Shown: positions 39,869 through 49,591 of the stretch, piece by piece
How positions within the stretch are numbered: the stretch's first letter is position 1
How the letters are laid out: every line of letters begins with the position of its first letter
The notes under the pieces: generated by a model
What the model saw: the letters and a program-made list of their open reading frames with translations, nothing else
What the model was told of the DNA's origin: nothing
Database searches by the model: none
Made by a program: the position numbers and the translations under genes
Virus record (IMG/VR): IMGVR_UViG_3300028840_003168
DNA length: 64,000 bases
Source of the DNA: a virus
Strand: one strand, 5' to 3'

Positions 39869-42800
39869 TGGCATTTGAAGACGTATATCGGTACAACGAG
39901 CTGATTGATGGGGTTATCGGCGGTGATTTTTACAAGTCCCTCGGGATGGTCATACCTTACAGATCAGGGAACACTGAAATACGTCTTGAGACGAGTTCTC
40001 CTAATACGGAATTCGGTTTGTACTTGAACGAGGCCTTTTCTGGTACAGTCAGGTCTGATGCTCAGGGTAATGTGGTATTCAGTCGGCATTTCGATTTTGG
40101 TGAGTATGAAATTGCGTTGTTGAACAATGTTACGGGGCGCAGGCTCCCTTCCTGGGTCACTGTTCGGGATTACGCCATCTGGCTGGTTTCCTATGCAGAA
40201 GTCTTTGAATCCATCGATGACAATATTCAGGAAGCTCAGGATGACCTTTCGATAGAGACCTCTACGCTCAACGGTATCGAGGATCATTTTGGAAAGGCCA
40301 TTGAGACCTACAATAATTTGGGTCAGGGCCTGGATGCCTACCGGAACATGATTCACGAGCTGCGTCTGGGTTATCGGAATTTCGGGGCGAGGTTCCGCGG
40401 ACTTGAAACTGCGGTGGCCGCATTCACCCAGGTGCCTCCTTTCGGGTACACGCGGAGGATGTGGGGTCCGAACTGGTGGCTTAACCACTCAATGTCGAAT
40501 AATTTCAGATTTTTGAAACGGTCGCATGCCATCTCATTTGCAGGTGCCGGTATCCCAGGTGTGCAGCTCGTGGAAGCGGAACCTGATGCTGAATCGTGGT
40601 ATTTTTACACGTTGGACTATGATGCGGGTACGAACGAACTGACTTGGAATGTTGCAGGTACGCCTGGGCCAGCGGTTCCCGCAGCTGACGGTGTTTTATT
40701 TATACCTGGGCCTCCATCTCTCATGATAGCTCATATATTGGGTTTTGCTGGACCTTTTGCGATAACTGCAAGTGTAAATGACAGGCTTTACCTGAATGTC
40801 GATGATCTAGGTTCTATTGAGATATCGTTGACAACTGGTGGTGCTGTTCTTCTGGCTACGATAATAACAGACATAAACAACGCTTTGGTTGCTGATCCCC
40901 GTTACGGTGCCGGGTACGCAGCTTTTGCATCATCTTATAATTCCAAACTCTTATTGGAGTCTCCTCTTCCTGCTGCTGGTACGTCTGTAGTGCTTGAGCA
41001 TGGTTCTCGCAACGCGGCTCCAGAGTTGTTTGGAATCAGGCCGAGAGATTTGGTTTATCATCGACCAGTTGCTGATGGTATCTATATAAAAAATATCGAA
41101 GGTGTTCCTGACCTGACTGGGAATGCTGAGATTGAATATGAGTATGACGGTAGTGTAGATCCTGTGACCAGAAGGCTTCGTTTCAGATCGAACGGTGCGG
41201 CATGGAGTGGTTGGCTCTCTATTACAGATCCTGGAGACTACTCTTTGACGGACGGAAATTCTGTCATTTTGACAGTGGGCTGTTTACTTGATTTGATGGA
41301 GGTTCTCTCATCTCCTTGGCCTGCGACCACGGTTTATTCATTTTCGATAGGTTATGGGCGCGTTCATAGGAACGTAGGCTATCAACAAGGACTTCGGGTT
41401 GTTTGTGATGCGGCCAGTCTTCCGAGCATAAATACTTCTGATACTGTTAACATTGTGGACGATGTTACTGCTGGACATCTTCTACACCCAGATGGCTGGT
41501 GGCTCGAAAATCCTGTAGGGGCTTTGGTTACCGCTATTAGTGCTAGTCCGAGTGTAATCACAGACAAGGCCGATCCCTTTGACCATGCTCCAGCTTTTAT
41601 GTGGTTGATTGCAGAATTTGGTACTGAGACTCAATTAGAGATTAGGTCTCATGTTCTGAAACATCCTATGCCGCGTCCAGGCCCCCGCGGTTCCAACTAT
41701 CCACAACGAAGTTCTGGTATGTTTTATGACTATGAAGGTTTTGAAGCTAAACTTTCTGGTTGGTTTTTGAGTAGTTTTGCAGGCGCAGCCACGGTTACTC
41801 CTGGATTTTCTTTTGATGGGGGTTCCACTTGGGTTGACGGTGCTCCTGTTGCAGTACCTGAAGACGCAGGTGCTCAACACTATGAGGAATTTGGGTACGC
41901 TGAGTTTGAGACCGTAATACCTCCTGGTGTTACTGATAATGGTATTCTGGCCAGGTTTGTTTTTGACAAAGCTTCCGGTGGCATGGCTTTCACTGTTGAT
42001 GGGGTGAATGTCGGTGTGAATCTCATTTCGTCTACCTATCTGGGAAATGTCACTACTCCCAGGAGTAGGCACAGACAGAATTTTGGTGAGCTTGTGTGGC
42101 TCTGGGCACCTACTCCGTTGACCTTGACCGAGAAGGAGTATCTGGGGCTGCGGCATAAGAGGCCTTCGCTCAGGACTCCCGTGGCTGGGGTGGAGATTAC
42201 CGTTGTTTCTGGTGACACTCCAGCGGGTGTAGGGCGGCTTGAATATGAGTACAATCGGGTGGGCGATACGCGCAGGTTGCGTTGGATGTCTTATCAAAGC
42301 TCATTCGGTGCCTGGGTATCGATTCTCAGTGATGGTTCGTACACGCTTTTGTCGGCTGATGGGTCCAGTATCACCGTGTACGCTACAAGGGCGCTCTTAC
42401 CGATTCTGACGGGCTCCCCTCCTGCGGTGACTACCTACAGGGATGTGACGATTACGGACCAGACAGTGAACCAGGGGCACGTCAGACGCATTTCAGCGGC
42501 ACAGTCCTCGATAGATGTTCTGGATGTGACTGAATACGATGTCAGCGGAGAGCCTACAAATCTGTACGGGGCCTTGACCGAGGCTGATTTCAGCGCAGCT
42601 GGATTGGTGAATTCAGATATTGAGCCAGCAGATCCGTTCAAAGAGTCTTTCGTGTTTCCTGAGTTTCCTCCACAGGAGGGTGAGATTCTGTCCTTTTCTC
42701 CTTCTGGGCCGAACTGGGTGGCTACGTTGGATTACTATTCGGATGAGGACCAGACCAACACCCTTCTGTACGAGGATGGTTTGTTGGTTCCGAATGACTT

Positions 42801-43473
42801 GTGGTCGTTTTCTGCGGCGAATGAAATCACTTTGACCTCTTTTTCGGCTGGGGCTGAGTACACCGTGGATTACGGGCTTTTGTACCAGGTTACCACCGAC
42901 CTCCTGGACCTGTCCGGGATTACTGTATCTGATTACATTTGGCTGGCCGACTACATGCTGTGGGACCGGATGGACAAGGTGCAGGACGCCTATGAGTCCG
43001 CGATTCCGGTTTATTTCAACCCGAATAACGGGAGAGCTGGTTTGGTAGGAGAATCCGATCAGAATAAGGCCACGTCTTCTCTGGTTATCCAGGACGGGAC
43101 TTCCACGATTATTGTGGCTCAGAGATACTGGAGATTTGTGGACGCGAAGACGATTGAGCTTGATTTGGCGCAGCTTGTTAGAGGTGCTCAGTATTTTCTT
43201 ACCCATAATGAGCTTAGGGTGTACCCGGAGAGCAGGCTTACCTCGGTGTTCGAGCATCGTTCAGGTGCTACTGAACTCGCATGTCTGGCTGCCAGTTGGT
43301 CTACTGTTGAGCGAAACGAGAATGTGAGGAATGATCATGACTTTCATCAGTTGCGGTTGTCTGTTACAGGTATACGAGATTTGAGAGATTTTAGGATTAG
43401 GTCCCTGGTGTTGAAGGGGCTGCATGCCTTTGGGGCAAATGCGTGGGTTCCAGGTTTAACTGGTCCTGCCTGA
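39868..43473 (+). CDS. Large baseplate wedge/fibre-attachment protein with repeated beta domains
   Basis: gpI-like region (DHFG...Q..DAYR...GLETAVAAFT); internal repeats. Confidence 0.6.
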   Translation: MAFEDVYRYNELIDGVIGGDFYKSLGMVIPYRSGNTEIRLETSSPNTEFGLYLNEAFSGTVRSDAQGNVVFSRHFDFGEYEIALLNNVTGRRLPSWVTVRDYAIWLVSYAEVFESIDDNIQEAQDDLSIETSTLNGIEDHFGKAIETYNNLGQGLDAYRNMIHELRLGYRNFGARFRGLETAVAAFTQVPPFGYTRRMWGPNWWLNHSMSNNFRFLKRSHAISFAGAGIPGVQLVEAEPDAESWYFYTLDYDAGTNELTWNVAGTPGPAVPAADGVLFIPGPPSLMIAHILGFAGPFAITASVNDRLYLNVDDLGSIEISLTTGGAVLLATIITDINNALVADPRYGAGYAAFASSYNSKLLLESPLPAAGTSVVLEHGSRNAAPELFGIRPRDLVYHRPVADGIYIKNIEGVPDLTGNAEIEYEYDGSVDPVTRRLRFRSNGAAWSGWLSITDPGDYSLTDGNSVILTVGCLLDLMEVLSSPWPATTVYSFSIGYGRVHRNVGYQQGLRVVCDAASLPSINTSDTVNIVDDVTAGHLLHPDGWWLENPVGALVTAISASPSVITDKADPFDHAPAFMWLIAEFGTETQLEIRSHVLKHPMPRPGPRGSNYPQRSSGMFYDYEGFEAKLSGWFLSSFAGAATVTPGFSFDGGSTWVDGAPVAVPEDAGAQHYEEFGYAEFETVIPPGVTDNGILARFVFDKASGGMAFTVDGVNVGVNLISSTYLGNVTTPRSRHRQNFGELVWLWAPTPLTLTEKEYLGLRHKRPSLRTPVAGVEITVVSGDTPAGVGRLEYEYNRVGDTRRLRWMSYQSSFGAWVSILSDGSYTLLSADGSSITVYATRALLPILTGSPPAVTTYRDVTITDQTVNQGHVRRISAAQSSIDVLDVTEYDVSGEPTNLYGALTEADFSAAGLVNSDIEPADPFKESFVFPEFPPQEGEILSFSPSGPNWVATLDYYSDEDQTNTLLYEDGLLVPNDLWSFSAANEITLTSFSAGAEYTVDYGLLYQVTTDLLDLSGITVSDYIWLADYMLWDRMDKVQDAYESAIPVYFNPNNGRAGLVGESDQNKATSSLVIQDGTSTIIVAQRYWRFVDAKTIELDLAQLVRGAQYFLTHNELRVYPESRLTSVFEHRSGATELACLAASWSTVERNENVRNDHDFHQLRLSVTGIRDLRDFRIRSLVLKGLHAFGANAWVPGLTGPA

Positions 43474-43489
43474 TATGAGGAGTAGCTAG

Positions 43490-44329
43490 GTGGATGAGCA
43501 AAAGAAAAAGTGTAATGTTTGTGAGGCTGTGTTGCTTTTATCTAATTTTTCTAAAGCTCCTACTTGCCGAGATGGCTATCGCGGTGACTGTAAAAAGTGT
43601 GTTGCTGCAAAGTATCGTGTACGCAGAGCGAAGAAAAAAGAGAATTTTAAGAAACCTGATATGACTGGTTCCAAGAGGTGTACGCAGTGTGCTTTAGAAA
43701 AACCAGTAGCAGATTTTTACTTTAAAGTGGAGTCCTCTGATGGTTTTGCTTCCCATTGTAAAGAATGTCAGGCTACTCTTAGTAGGTTGAATAAACAGAG
43801 CAAAGACCGACCGAGACGTGTTGTCGGGTTTAAGCTATGTAGTAAGTGCGGTCTTGAGAAGGCTGTGGAAGATTTCCCTTCTGTCAAGAGTTCTCCTGAT
43901 GGTTTAGGTTGCCAGTGCAAGTGTTGTGGTCTTGATTATCAGTCTGATCGAAGACGCACCCATATCTTTACCAAGCTGTCTCATAGGTTGGATACTCGTG
44001 CGAGAAAACATAAACCTCATATTGTTAAGTGTGGTTCGCCTCTTAAGTTTTTAGGCTGTACTATAAAGGAATTTGCGAAGCACCTAGAATCTTTATTTTT
44101 TGAGCATCCTCGTACTGGGGATTTGATGGTTTGGGATAATTGGGGTCGTCATACGAAAGATGGTCCTAAGACTTGGCAACTCGACCATATAAAACCTTTG
44201 TCTAGTTTTGATCTGACTGATAAGGATCAACTTTCAGAGGCTTATCATTATACGAATATTCGGCCTTTGTGGGGAGAGTACAATTTGTCTAACCCCAAAA
44301 ATATAGTTAGCAAAGAGGTAACACAATGA
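43490..44329 (+). CDS. HNH homing-type endonuclease with three zinc-ribbon modules
   Basis: Three CxxC...CKxC modules; WQLDHIKPLSSFDL...HYTNIRPLW..YN; AT-rich. Confidence 0.85.
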   Translation: MDEQKKKCNVCEAVLLLSNFSKAPTCRDGYRGDCKKCVAAKYRVRRAKKKENFKKPDMTGSKRCTQCALEKPVADFYFKVESSDGFASHCKECQATLSRLNKQSKDRPRRVVGFKLCSKCGLEKAVEDFPSVKSSPDGLGCQCKCCGLDYQSDRRRTHIFTKLSHRLDTRARKHKPHIVKCGSPLKFLGCTIKEFAKHLESLFFEHPRTGDLMVWDNWGRHTKDGPKTWQLDHIKPLSSFDLTDKDQLSEAYHYTNIRPLWGEYNLSNPKNIVSKEVTQ

Positions 44330-47300
44330 CACAAGGAAGCCTGTACCCCGATGGTGTTTTAGTAGATCAGACGGCCCTGAGGCGTACCGAAACTACCAAG
44401 GCCGCAGAGATAAAGAGAAACAGGACGGATTTGTCCTCCAGGGGAATGTTTACGGGAGGGGAAATTACGGTCAACGCCACGGATGGCACTAGAATTGATG
44501 TGGCGCAGCTTTCTGGCTACGCTCCCAGCGGTGAGTATATCGAGACCACTAGCGATTACTACTCCATTGCGCTCGATGACTACACTCTGGCCGCAGTGAA
44601 CTATGTGTGTGCGGTTTATACTGAGGCTAATGTAGGAGATCAGCCTCATGAGTCTGATGGAGAGGTTTATGCCGTTGAAGCCCAGATGGCATGGCGTATC
44701 CGAGTGTTTGAGGAATCAGTATTTGATGCACTACCTGCAAGTGATACTAATCTGGCGAACGATGCCAAGGATCGGTGTCTGCTGATTGGAAAGGTGACTG
44801 CGAACGGGTCTGGGATCGGCCTTACTACCTCGAACATTTTCAGTCCTACGGATTTTGATAACATCCTTTATTCAACGCCACAGGTTCTTTCCACTATTTC
44901 GGGTGTGACTATCACCAAGGTATCCGCTGACACGGCTGTGGGTGACGGTACAGTGACGTTCGATGACACGGGCGCACCGACCTATACCTTAATGTGGACT
45001 CCTGCTGTAGGGGGTGCTGGGGCGGCTGTGCCGTTCACAGCGGACGGGGAGTACAACCTTTTGGATGGGTTGGGGAATTACATCACTGTGGTGGTGGCGG
45101 TCTCTCAGTTGCCCGTAATTGGAGGTTCTACGACCGAGACGGTCACGATTACGAATCTGTACAATCAGGATATTCCGCGGCATAGTGCGGATGACCTTCT
45201 ACACAGGAACAAAATCGGGACGGGGATCGTCACCGAGGTTAATCCGCATGGCATGAGTGTGGATGATCTCGAAGGTGTGAGCGTGGCCACGGCCATTCAG
45301 GAACATCAGGATGTTCAGCATTGTAATGGTATCTGGCGTGAATCATCTTCAAGCATTTTCGGTATGAGTCTGATCATCAATACACCTCCAGGAGGTGATA
45401 CCTTGGTGGTTCAACCACCAGCTACGAGTGATCTCTACTACATAAATGGTAGGAAGCTGAACACAATGGCTCCTACTAACATTTTGTTTACTCCTGCGAA
45501 TTTCACAGCGGGGTTGCTCGGCTCCACGGTTAAGGAGGGTGCCAAACTCTATGAAGTATATGTTGATGATGATTCTGTTTTAAAGGTCAATTTAAGGACG
45601 GATACAAACGCTACGCCAACACCAGCCAGAACCGTATCTGGTGTGTGGGTTATCGACATGTCGGATGACCATCCTGCTGGGGATTATGATCTTAAATGTG
45701 TCGTGACCGCGGGTCCTATTTACACCTTCACTTGGGGCTTGAACGGAGGTACTTCAGGCTTGCCTGTTGTGATTGATAACACGACTCCTCCTGGGGTGGG
45801 CGATGCAGAAGGGCAAGTTATACGCCTTTATGATGCCACTGGTGTGAACTGGATAGATGTGTATGTCAATAAATCGGTGTATGGTCCTAGTGCTGATGCC
45901 AGGTTACCTGTAGGGATAGCCACTTACACGGATACTCTGATCGTTCATGCACATCTGGATTATGACCAGAATATGAAAATCGGGTCGTTAATGTATTGGT
46001 GGGACATCAGTAGAGGCACTCTCGGTTGGTCCATCGATTTTGCCGGTGGAGGGGGAGATAGGCAGACAATAGACCGGAGACCCTGGGGGAACTTGTGTGC
46101 GGTTAACATAGCGGATGAAGCACTACAACATATTGAGTATGATTCTGTTGACGAGCTTCATTACTCTGGGATTCTGTTTGCCAGAGATGAAATGAATGGT
46201 GGCTTTCATACAGATGCCGATTTTACAGGTCTGGATTTTCCAGTGGGTGGCGGTTCTTATTATCTTCGCGGTAAGCGTATGGAGTCCGAAGGCAACAGCG
46301 GTCTTACTGTATATGATGATTCGACTTCTCTGGTTTATGCAGATACTGAGGGTCAGATTGTGTCCATGAATATTGGAGCAGCTACTTCTTTTGGCAACGA
46401 TGTACTTGAAGCTATGAAGTGGGTTTTGGGGTCTTCCTATGAGCGTACTGCATCACCTGACATTCCTTATACCGCAGATGATCTGGACTATGCTGAAAAG
46501 GGGGTTCCTTTATATGTAGTAACTGCGGCCAGCGGAAATATTACGCTATACTTCGATGTTTCTAGGAACGTAAACGGTCCAGTTGACCCGTGGTCGGTAG
46601 GTGGGCGCAGGGACTATACCCCACTATCTATAGCTATATCTGACAAACCTCTAGCTGCTTTTGATTCCTTGAAAGCGGCTTTTCTACACGCCGATGTGAT
46701 GCTTGACGGGGCTAATGGTGTTGGTGGTCTTACTGTTAAGTTGATTGGGGATAGCTATATATTTGATGGTTTTCCGGTTACGCAGTCCTTGGGTATTGAT
46801 GTGGGGGGTATTGGTTCATCTTCCACTGAATACCCAAGGGTTAGTATTTTGGGTACCTCTACTAGTGGTATGTGGATACTGGCTGGAAGAAATCGTGTAT
46901 CTCGTGCCAATTTGGTTCCAACTCTGACAGATGGGGATAACGATTCCATCAGTATGCTCCTATCAGATCATTGTCTCGTGGACAGGGTAGATGCCAGTAC
47001 CACTACTTTAGGCGTTGGTGTGTTGAATTTGCACAGAGTCTTTCAGGTCGATGGGGAATATGTGGAGATTCGTGGTTGTGTTATTGATACATCTGGTGGT
47101 GCTATCAATATCCTGTCTGGCTCTGATAATTGTTACATACACCACAACAAAATCAGCGGCGGCACACAGACTGACGTATCCTACGGGAGGTCTTTAGTTT
47201 ACGCTGATACTGTGGAGATGTTTAAAGTTTCTGACAGCTATTTTGATTGCTCTCATCGTGATACCAATTTGAATCCTACTTATCCAATAAACATATTGAA

Positions 47301-49056
47301 CAGCTCTGGTTGTACTGTAGAAGGAAACACCATTTTTGCACAAAACGGATACGTACCTCCATCTGGAGTTCATGTAGAAATTAGCAGAAAAATGGATATC
47401 AACAACAACCGTATCCTTGGTTACAACACAGTTCCAGATTTAAACCCAACTTCTGTATTACAGGGGAACGATGTTACTGGCGTTTATGTAGAAGAAAGTT
47501 CTGAGATCACCATTAGGAGTAATAAAATAGTTAATGTAGGAGGTGGTATTGTAGTTGCTCCAAGTTCAGTTAATGGGATAATTATTGAAGATAACCTTAT
47601 AGATATGTTCTACTCTGGTGGAATAAGTGTGCTTGCTTCATATGTTGATACTGACAGGTCAGGTGTTGTGTCGAGAGTTAGCATCCTGAATAACAAAATA
47701 ACCAGGGGAAGTATGGTTTCTGGTTCTGTTGGTGGCTTTATGATTGGCATAGCTTTCACATTAGATTTTTTCACATTACCTAGCATATCTCGTGTCGAAG
47801 ATATTCGGATAGAAGGTAACAGTATCAGTTGGTTGGTCAATACAGAACAATCTTACAGTGATACCCGATGTATTTCTGTTAATTTAAGTGGCGGGAGTGC
47901 TGGTGATACGCCTATTATTGCTGGACTGTCCATTTGTGATAATGTCATAGAGAACATAGAGGCTACTGATAAGATATACGGAATTACTGTGCCTCTTAAA
48001 TTTAATCTGTCTTCCGATCCCTCTTCATTTTCCATATGCAGAAACACCATAGATGCCGATCCAACTTCTGTGACTAACGAGTTTTTCGGAGTCTATGCGT
48101 TTTTCGATACTTCAGTTAGCGGTGGCGAATACCTAAATATTGAAGCCGCAGAAATTAATGATAATGGAATTCGTGCAGAAAGTTCTGCCATGGGTGCGGC
48201 CACTGGCATTTTTATGGGTGCGGGGCTTAGTTGCACTCTGTCAGGTAACACGATTAAGCTTAATGATGGTACCAATGGCATAGGTATCAAAAATTATTGT
48301 GATAGATCTTTAATTAGCAATAACCATATTGATGGAAGAGTGGCTGAAGGGATTATTCTGGGTAGTCTTTCTGGTGGTGCGGATTATTCTCCATCTGACC
48401 AAACAGTTCAAGGTAACACAATAAGAGAAGCTGACCATTACGGTATTCGGTGCATTGACGGACCTGCACCTCGTTGGTTAACCATTTCAGATAATGATAT
48501 TCATATTACTTTTAACGTTACAGGTATAGATGGGGATTCTGGCATCTATATAGGGGATAACGCCACAGAGTTTTCAATTCTTGGTAATAGGATTTGGATG
48601 TTGTCGGATACCCCGGCCACTGTTAGTGAATACATTTACGGTATCATGGTTGGTGCAGACCATAGAGGTAGTTGGACCGTAGCCAGCAACGATGTGTTCA
48701 GGGACATACTTACGATAGCCAAGAATGGTGAATACCACGGAATACATATAGATGATACCTCTTGGGGAGGCACTCGCGGAACACTCAACAACAATACTTC
48801 GACTGTTCGTTCGTTATCAACTGGCGCACCAACTACTAATGATTTTGCTCTCTGGCTCGGTAATATGGTTGCTACCAATAATGTAATTGTTAATGGTGTT
48901 GGAAATGTTTGTGCTGCGTATCTTATGAATCTTGCTGGTGCAGAATGGGCACCGTATTACCTTGGTGCTATCTGGAATGTTGTACTAGCACAGACCACTT
49001 CTTATATTAACTTTGCGGATGTTTGTAGTGGTGGTTACACTCCTACTGCATTCTAA
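44326..49056 (+). CDS. Tail fibre/spike with right-handed beta-helix domain
   Basis: 1576 aa; NPHGMSVDDL hinge; C-terminal half full of I.xN.I...GI beta-helix repeats. Confidence 0.8.
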   Translation: MTQGSLYPDGVLVDQTALRRTETTKAAEIKRNRTDLSSRGMFTGGEITVNATDGTRIDVAQLSGYAPSGEYIETTSDYYSIALDDYTLAAVNYVCAVYTEANVGDQPHESDGEVYAVEAQMAWRIRVFEESVFDALPASDTNLANDAKDRCLLIGKVTANGSGIGLTTSNIFSPTDFDNILYSTPQVLSTISGVTITKVSADTAVGDGTVTFDDTGAPTYTLMWTPAVGGAGAAVPFTADGEYNLLDGLGNYITVVVAVSQLPVIGGSTTETVTITNLYNQDIPRHSADDLLHRNKIGTGIVTEVNPHGMSVDDLEGVSVATAIQEHQDVQHCNGIWRESSSSIFGMSLIINTPPGGDTLVVQPPATSDLYYINGRKLNTMAPTNILFTPANFTAGLLGSTVKEGAKLYEVYVDDDSVLKVNLRTDTNATPTPARTVSGVWVIDMSDDHPAGDYDLKCVVTAGPIYTFTWGLNGGTSGLPVVIDNTTPPGVGDAEGQVIRLYDATGVNWIDVYVNKSVYGPSADARLPVGIATYTDTLIVHAHLDYDQNMKIGSLMYWWDISRGTLGWSIDFAGGGGDRQTIDRRPWGNLCAVNIADEALQHIEYDSVDELHYSGILFARDEMNGGFHTDADFTGLDFPVGGGSYYLRGKRMESEGNSGLTVYDDSTSLVYADTEGQIVSMNIGAATSFGNDVLEAMKWVLGSSYERTASPDIPYTADDLDYAEKGVPLYVVTAASGNITLYFDVSRNVNGPVDPWSVGGRRDYTPLSIAISDKPLAAFDSLKAAFLHADVMLDGANGVGGLTVKLIGDSYIFDGFPVTQSLGIDVGGIGSSSTEYPRVSILGTSTSGMWILAGRNRVSRANLVPTLTDGDNDSISMLLSDHCLVDRVDASTTTLGVGVLNLHRVFQVDGEYVEIRGCVIDTSGGAINILSGSDNCYIHHNKISGGTQTDVSYGRSLVYADTVEMFKVSDSYFDCSHRDTNLNPTYPINILNSSGCTVEGNTIFAQNGYVPPSGVHVEISRKMDINNNRILGYNTVPDLNPTSVLQGNDVTGVYVEESSEITIRSNKIVNVGGGIVVAPSSVNGIIIEDNLIDMFYSGGISVLASYVDTDRSGVVSRVSILNNKITRGSMVSGSVGGFMIGIAFTLDFFTLPSISRVEDIRIEGNSISWLVNTEQSYSDTRCISVNLSGGSAGDTPIIAGLSICDNVIENIEATDKIYGITVPLKFNLSSDPSSFSICRNTIDADPTSVTNEFFGVYAFFDTSVSGGEYLNIEAAEINDNGIRAESSAMGAATGIFMGAGLSCTLSGNTIKLNDGTNGIGIKNYCDRSLISNNHIDGRVAEGIILGSLSGGADYSPSDQTVQGNTIREADHYGIRCIDGPAPRWLTISDNDIHITFNVTGIDGDSGIYIGDNATEFSILGNRIWMLSDTPATVSEYIYGIMVGADHRGSWTVASNDVFRDILTIAKNGEYHGIHIDDTSWGGTRGTLNNNTSTVRSLSTGAPTTNDFALWLGNMVATNNVIVNGVGNVCAAYLMNLAGAEWAPYYLGAIWNVVLAQTTSYINFADVCSGGYTPTAF

Positions 49057-49068
49057 TACCTATCGATA

Positions 49069-49097
49069 TTGACAGCCAAATTCTGTCGTGATATTTC
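49069..49097 (+). promoter_or_regulatory. Sigma70-type promoter
   Basis: TTGACA-17-TATTTC with TGn extension; inverted repeat GACAG-N7-CTGTC overlaps the -35. Confidence 0.55.
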
Positions 49098-49119
49098 TGT
49101 ATACAAGGAGGACTTTATC

Positions 49120-49512
49120 ATGCTCAAGGACGAATTGACCGCCGAGCTGAGAAATTTAATGGTGCGTGTGATGTCGAAGCGAAAGAGTGCCTGGACCGTT
49201 GAGGACCTGGTGGTGAGGATGAAGAAAGCCGCGACGAACAAGCCCGAGGTCCGTAAAAACATCACCAGCAATATGTTGGGCAACAACTTGCGGGTGTTGA
49301 AGAAGAGTGGTGTGGTTTCGGATTACAAAGATACTAAAGGTGTTCGGATGTGGACCATCGTTGACCCGACCCATCGAGAGGAGCCTCCTGTGAAGATGGT
49401 TATTTCTTTCCCGAAGAAGACTCATGCCGCACTTTCTCAGACGGCAAACTATCAGGAGACCACCAAGAATCAGGTTGTGGTGGACGCTGTTCAGAAGCAT
49501 ATCGGAACCTGA
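49120..49512 (+). CDS. DNA-binding regulator (winged HTH plus ribbon-helix-helix)
   Basis: ATG 49120 after AGGAGG; C-terminal KMVISFPKKTHAAL...TKNQVVVDAV RHH pattern. Confidence 0.6.
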   Translation: MLKDELTAELRNLMVRVMSKRKSAWTVEDLVVRMKKAATNKPEVRKNITSNMLGNNLRVLKKSGVVSDYKDTKGVRMWTIVDPTHREEPPVKMVISFPKKTHAALSQTANYQETTKNQVVVDAVQKHIGT

Positions 49513-49527
49513 CCTATCCTGGGTATA

Positions 49528-49556
49528 TTGACAGGTTTCTAAAATAGTCTTAAAAT
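49528..49556 (+). promoter_or_regulatory. Sigma70-type promoter
   Basis: TTGACA-17 nt-TAAAAT, near consensus. Confidence 0.8.
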
Positions 49557-49591
49557 TATAGGTGGATGTGCAGGTTTACTGGGAGGTGACT

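Noticed and set aside
21754-49056. Extracellular contractile injection system or tailocin
   Set aside because: Portal, protease, capsid and replication genes are present, so this is a phage tail.
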